Source of the DNA: an uncultured marine group I thaumarchaeote
GTDB lineage: Archaea; Thermoproteota; Nitrososphaeria; Nitrososphaerales; Nitrosopumilaceae
Assembly: GCA_902578515.1 (NCBI GenBank)
Contig: CACHDH010000001.1
Location: 1 to 43,276 of the forward strand
Reading direction: 5' to 3'
Length of the DNA stretch: 43,276 nucleotides
The notes beneath the pieces are model-generated. The model had not been told where the DNA came from and made no database searches. It saw only the letters and a program-made list of their open reading frames with translations. This document shows, in pieces, positions 41,271 through 43,276 of this stretch. Made by a program: the position numbers and the translations under genes. The stretch's first letter is position 1; each line of letters begins with the position of its first letter.

Positions 41271-42122
41271 ATGAAATTCAACGTGATTGCGTATTTTTCT
41301 ATAATTTTGATCTTGTTAATACCCGTTAATGCATTTGCTGATTCTGTAAGTCTGTCAGTGGATCTTCCTATATTTACAGATAATGATAAAATTGTGATTT
41401 ATGGTGACGTTTCAACTGAAACTACACTACAGGTTATAATTACTGATCCAGATGAAATAATTATACTAAATCAAACTATCATAATACCAGTTGGAGATTT
41501 TACATATGACATGATAATTGGTGATTATGAATTAAATCGTAGTGGACATTATAACATATCTGTAATACACGGTGAGTCAAAAATTATAGAACAATTTTTC
41601 TATGATTCTGAACATAACATTAATCCAATGAAAGTAGATAATACATTAGAAAGTTTCACAGAATCTGAGATGATAATTGTATTTGCTGTAGCATCTGCTA
41701 TAATTATTAGCGTGCTGATTTTTCTTGCACGTGGTTCTATACGTAGAAAAAAAACTGAATATGATACTGGCGAATGGGAATCAAAAAAGAACCGGGATTA
41801 TGAAAAATACCACTCTGAATGGATGAGTGATGAAGTTAGTTTTGAACGTAAAGGAAAAAACAAACTCAGTGATGAAGATTTTAGGAAGTCACTGTTAAGT
41901 AAGAATTTACCAGACTATTACGCAACTTTACAAGTACAAAAAGATGCAAATCAAGATGAGATAAAAACTCAGTTTAGAAAGCTAGCAAAAAAATGGCATC
42001 CAGATAGGAAGCAGGGTGATGACGCAGAGAAAAAAATGGCTCAAATAAACATGGCATATGAAGTTCTTTCAAACACAAAGCGTAGAAAGATGTATGATCA
42101 GCATTTTTCTGAAAAGTCATGA
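41271..42122 (+). CDS. Membrane-spanning J-domain protein (signal peptide, Ig-like domain, TM, C-terminal DnaJ domain)
   Basis: AFA signal cleavage site, TM IIVFAVASAIIISVLIFL, DYYATLQV...FRKLAKKWHPD...INMAYEVLS...RKMYD. Confidence 0.9.
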   Translation: MKFNVIAYFSIILILLIPVNAFADSVSLSVDLPIFTDNDKIVIYGDVSTETTLQVIITDPDEIIILNQTIIIPVGDFTYDMIIGDYELNRSGHYNISVIHGESKIIEQFFYDSEHNINPMKVDNTLESFTESEMIIVFAVASAIIISVLIFLARGSIRRKKTEYDTGEWESKKNRDYEKYHSEWMSDEVSFERKGKNKLSDEDFRKSLLSKNLPDYYATLQVQKDANQDEIKTQFRKLAKKWHPDRKQGDDAEKKMAQINMAYEVLSNTKRRKMYDQHFSEKS

Positions 42123-42184
42123 TATTGGTGGAAAAATAACAAAATTTTATGAAAATTTAAGTATATTTTTGTTCCTCATATGAC

Positions 42185-42424
42185 GTGAGCCTAGAAAAAA
42201 CTTTCAATGTAGAGAGACTTTACAACCACATCGTTCATTACTATATGGATAAAAAAGGTGTTTCAAAAGAGGATGCCAATAAAATTGCGCAGGGAGTAAT
42301 TAGGCGAGAACTTCAGCGATATGTTTGTAAAGATGGTAAATGTGGTCATCTATCTTATGATCATATAAAAAATCAGGATACATGTACCATAATTAATTGC
42401 AATTGCCGTAAATTTGTTAAATAG
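42185..42424 (+). CDS. Hypothetical protein with C-terminal Cys/His metal-binding motif
   Basis: CKDGKCGH...H......C....CNC; GTG start. Confidence 0.78.
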   Translation: MSLEKTFNVERLYNHIVHYYMDKKGVSKEDANKIAQGVIRRELQRYVCKDGKCGHLSYDHIKNQDTCTIINCNCRKFVK

Positions 42425-42452
42425 ATAATCAACATAATTTAGTTGGCGATAC

Positions 42453-42680
42453 TTGACATCAATTAATGAGCTATCTAAAACTGGAAAAAAACAATTAGAA
42501 GATGGGCAATATGAAGATGCATTAAGTTCATTTGAACATGCAATATCATTAAATCAAAATGATCCAGATTTGTGGAATTTGAAAGGTATTGCATTAAGAA
42601 GTCTTGGACGATACAATGAGGCAGTAGAGTGTTTTAACAAATCTTTGGAAATCGATCCACGTGATAAACATTCGTCATAG
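42453..42680 (+). CDS. Small TPR protein
   Basis: Two TPRs: GQYEDALSSFEHAI and LWNLKGIALRSLGRYNEAVECFNKSLEIDP. Confidence 0.85.
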   Translation: MTSINELSKTGKKQLEDGQYEDALSSFEHAISLNQNDPDLWNLKGIALRSLGRYNEAVECFNKSLEIDPRDKHSS

Positions 42681-42685
42681 TTAGT

Positions 42686-43210
42686 TTATAAAAATTCTAT
42701 AGCAGCTACTCCAAAATAGTAACCAATGAAAATCAGTGTCATACTCCAAGCGCAAGAACCTAAAATTGTATATGCTAGAAATTTTGGTAGTTTCATCTTC
42801 AGCAAGCCGGCTGGTATGGAAATCATTTCTCTAAATACTGGTATCATCCTACCAAATAATACTGCTTTATCACCATATTTTTGAAACCATTCTTCAACCC
42901 TTACTAGTTTTTTTTCAGAAACCTTGACATATTTTAAATATTTCAGTAATGCTGTTCTACCAAGTTTTAGTGCAATTAGATAGATTACAGTTGAACCAAT
43001 TGATGCACCAAGTCCACCCAAAATTCCCAAGAAAAATAATTCAAGTAATCCAAGACCATTTTGTGATGCAATAAATCCAGCTGTTGGGAAAACCGCCATA
43101 GTTGGTATTGGTGGAATTACTGTTTCAATCAATGCAGCAAGAAATACCCCAGCATACAGATAATCTGTCATTAATGTGGAAATAAATTCAATAATTGATT
43201 CAAGAGGCAT
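42686..43210 (-). CDS. DedA family membrane protein
   Basis: ETVIPPIP, WFQKYG..AVLFGRMIPVFR.MISIPAG. Confidence 0.93.
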   Translation of the reverse strand: MPLESIIEFISTLMTDYLYAGVFLAALIETVIPPIPTMAVFPTAGFIASQNGLGLLELFFLGILGGLGASIGSTVIYLIALKLGRTALLKYLKYVKVSEKKLVRVEEWFQKYGDKAVLFGRMIPVFREMISIPAGLLKMKLPKFLAYTILGSCAWSMTLIFIGYYFGVAAIEFL

Positions 43211-43276
43211 AAGTTTCTATCAAATTTTTGTATTGTTTATACTTTCGTGAGCTTTTGTCAATTATAGGCTCAAGTT

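Overview
AT-rich core chromosomal segment of an ammonia-oxidising archaeon (Nitrososphaerota/Thaumarchaeota, Nitrosopumilaceae-like; inferred from the archaeal 16S, a 16S-23S operon with no spacer tRNA and no linked 5S, a DnaJ-ferredoxin fusion and the gene order). It holds about 55 CDSs, mostly housekeeping: aspS, endA, lig, fbp, tuf-rpsJ-rpoP, 3-hydroxyacyl-CoA dehydrogenase, fen, udg-mpg, opp/dpp ABC subunits and an SNF2 helicase. It also holds the 16S-23S rRNA operon and an intron-containing tRNA-Ser(CGA). I found no mobile element, CRISPR array or defence island. The most interesting signals are not in the ORF track: (i) a ~105-nt GC-rich element just after the 23S gene with five complementary helices in a nested double-pseudoknot arrangement (candidate ncRNA); (ii) five unlisted microproteins, including a Cys/His-rich metallothionein-like 40-mer; (iii) a near-perfect 26-bp palindrome over the mntR promoter; (iv) a thioredoxin reductase lacking NADPH-binding motifs and a two-domain SDR lacking the catalytic Lys. 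Five single-base indels in homopolymer runs interrupt four genes and are most likely sequencing errors. All family assignments come from motif recognition by eye; no searches were run.
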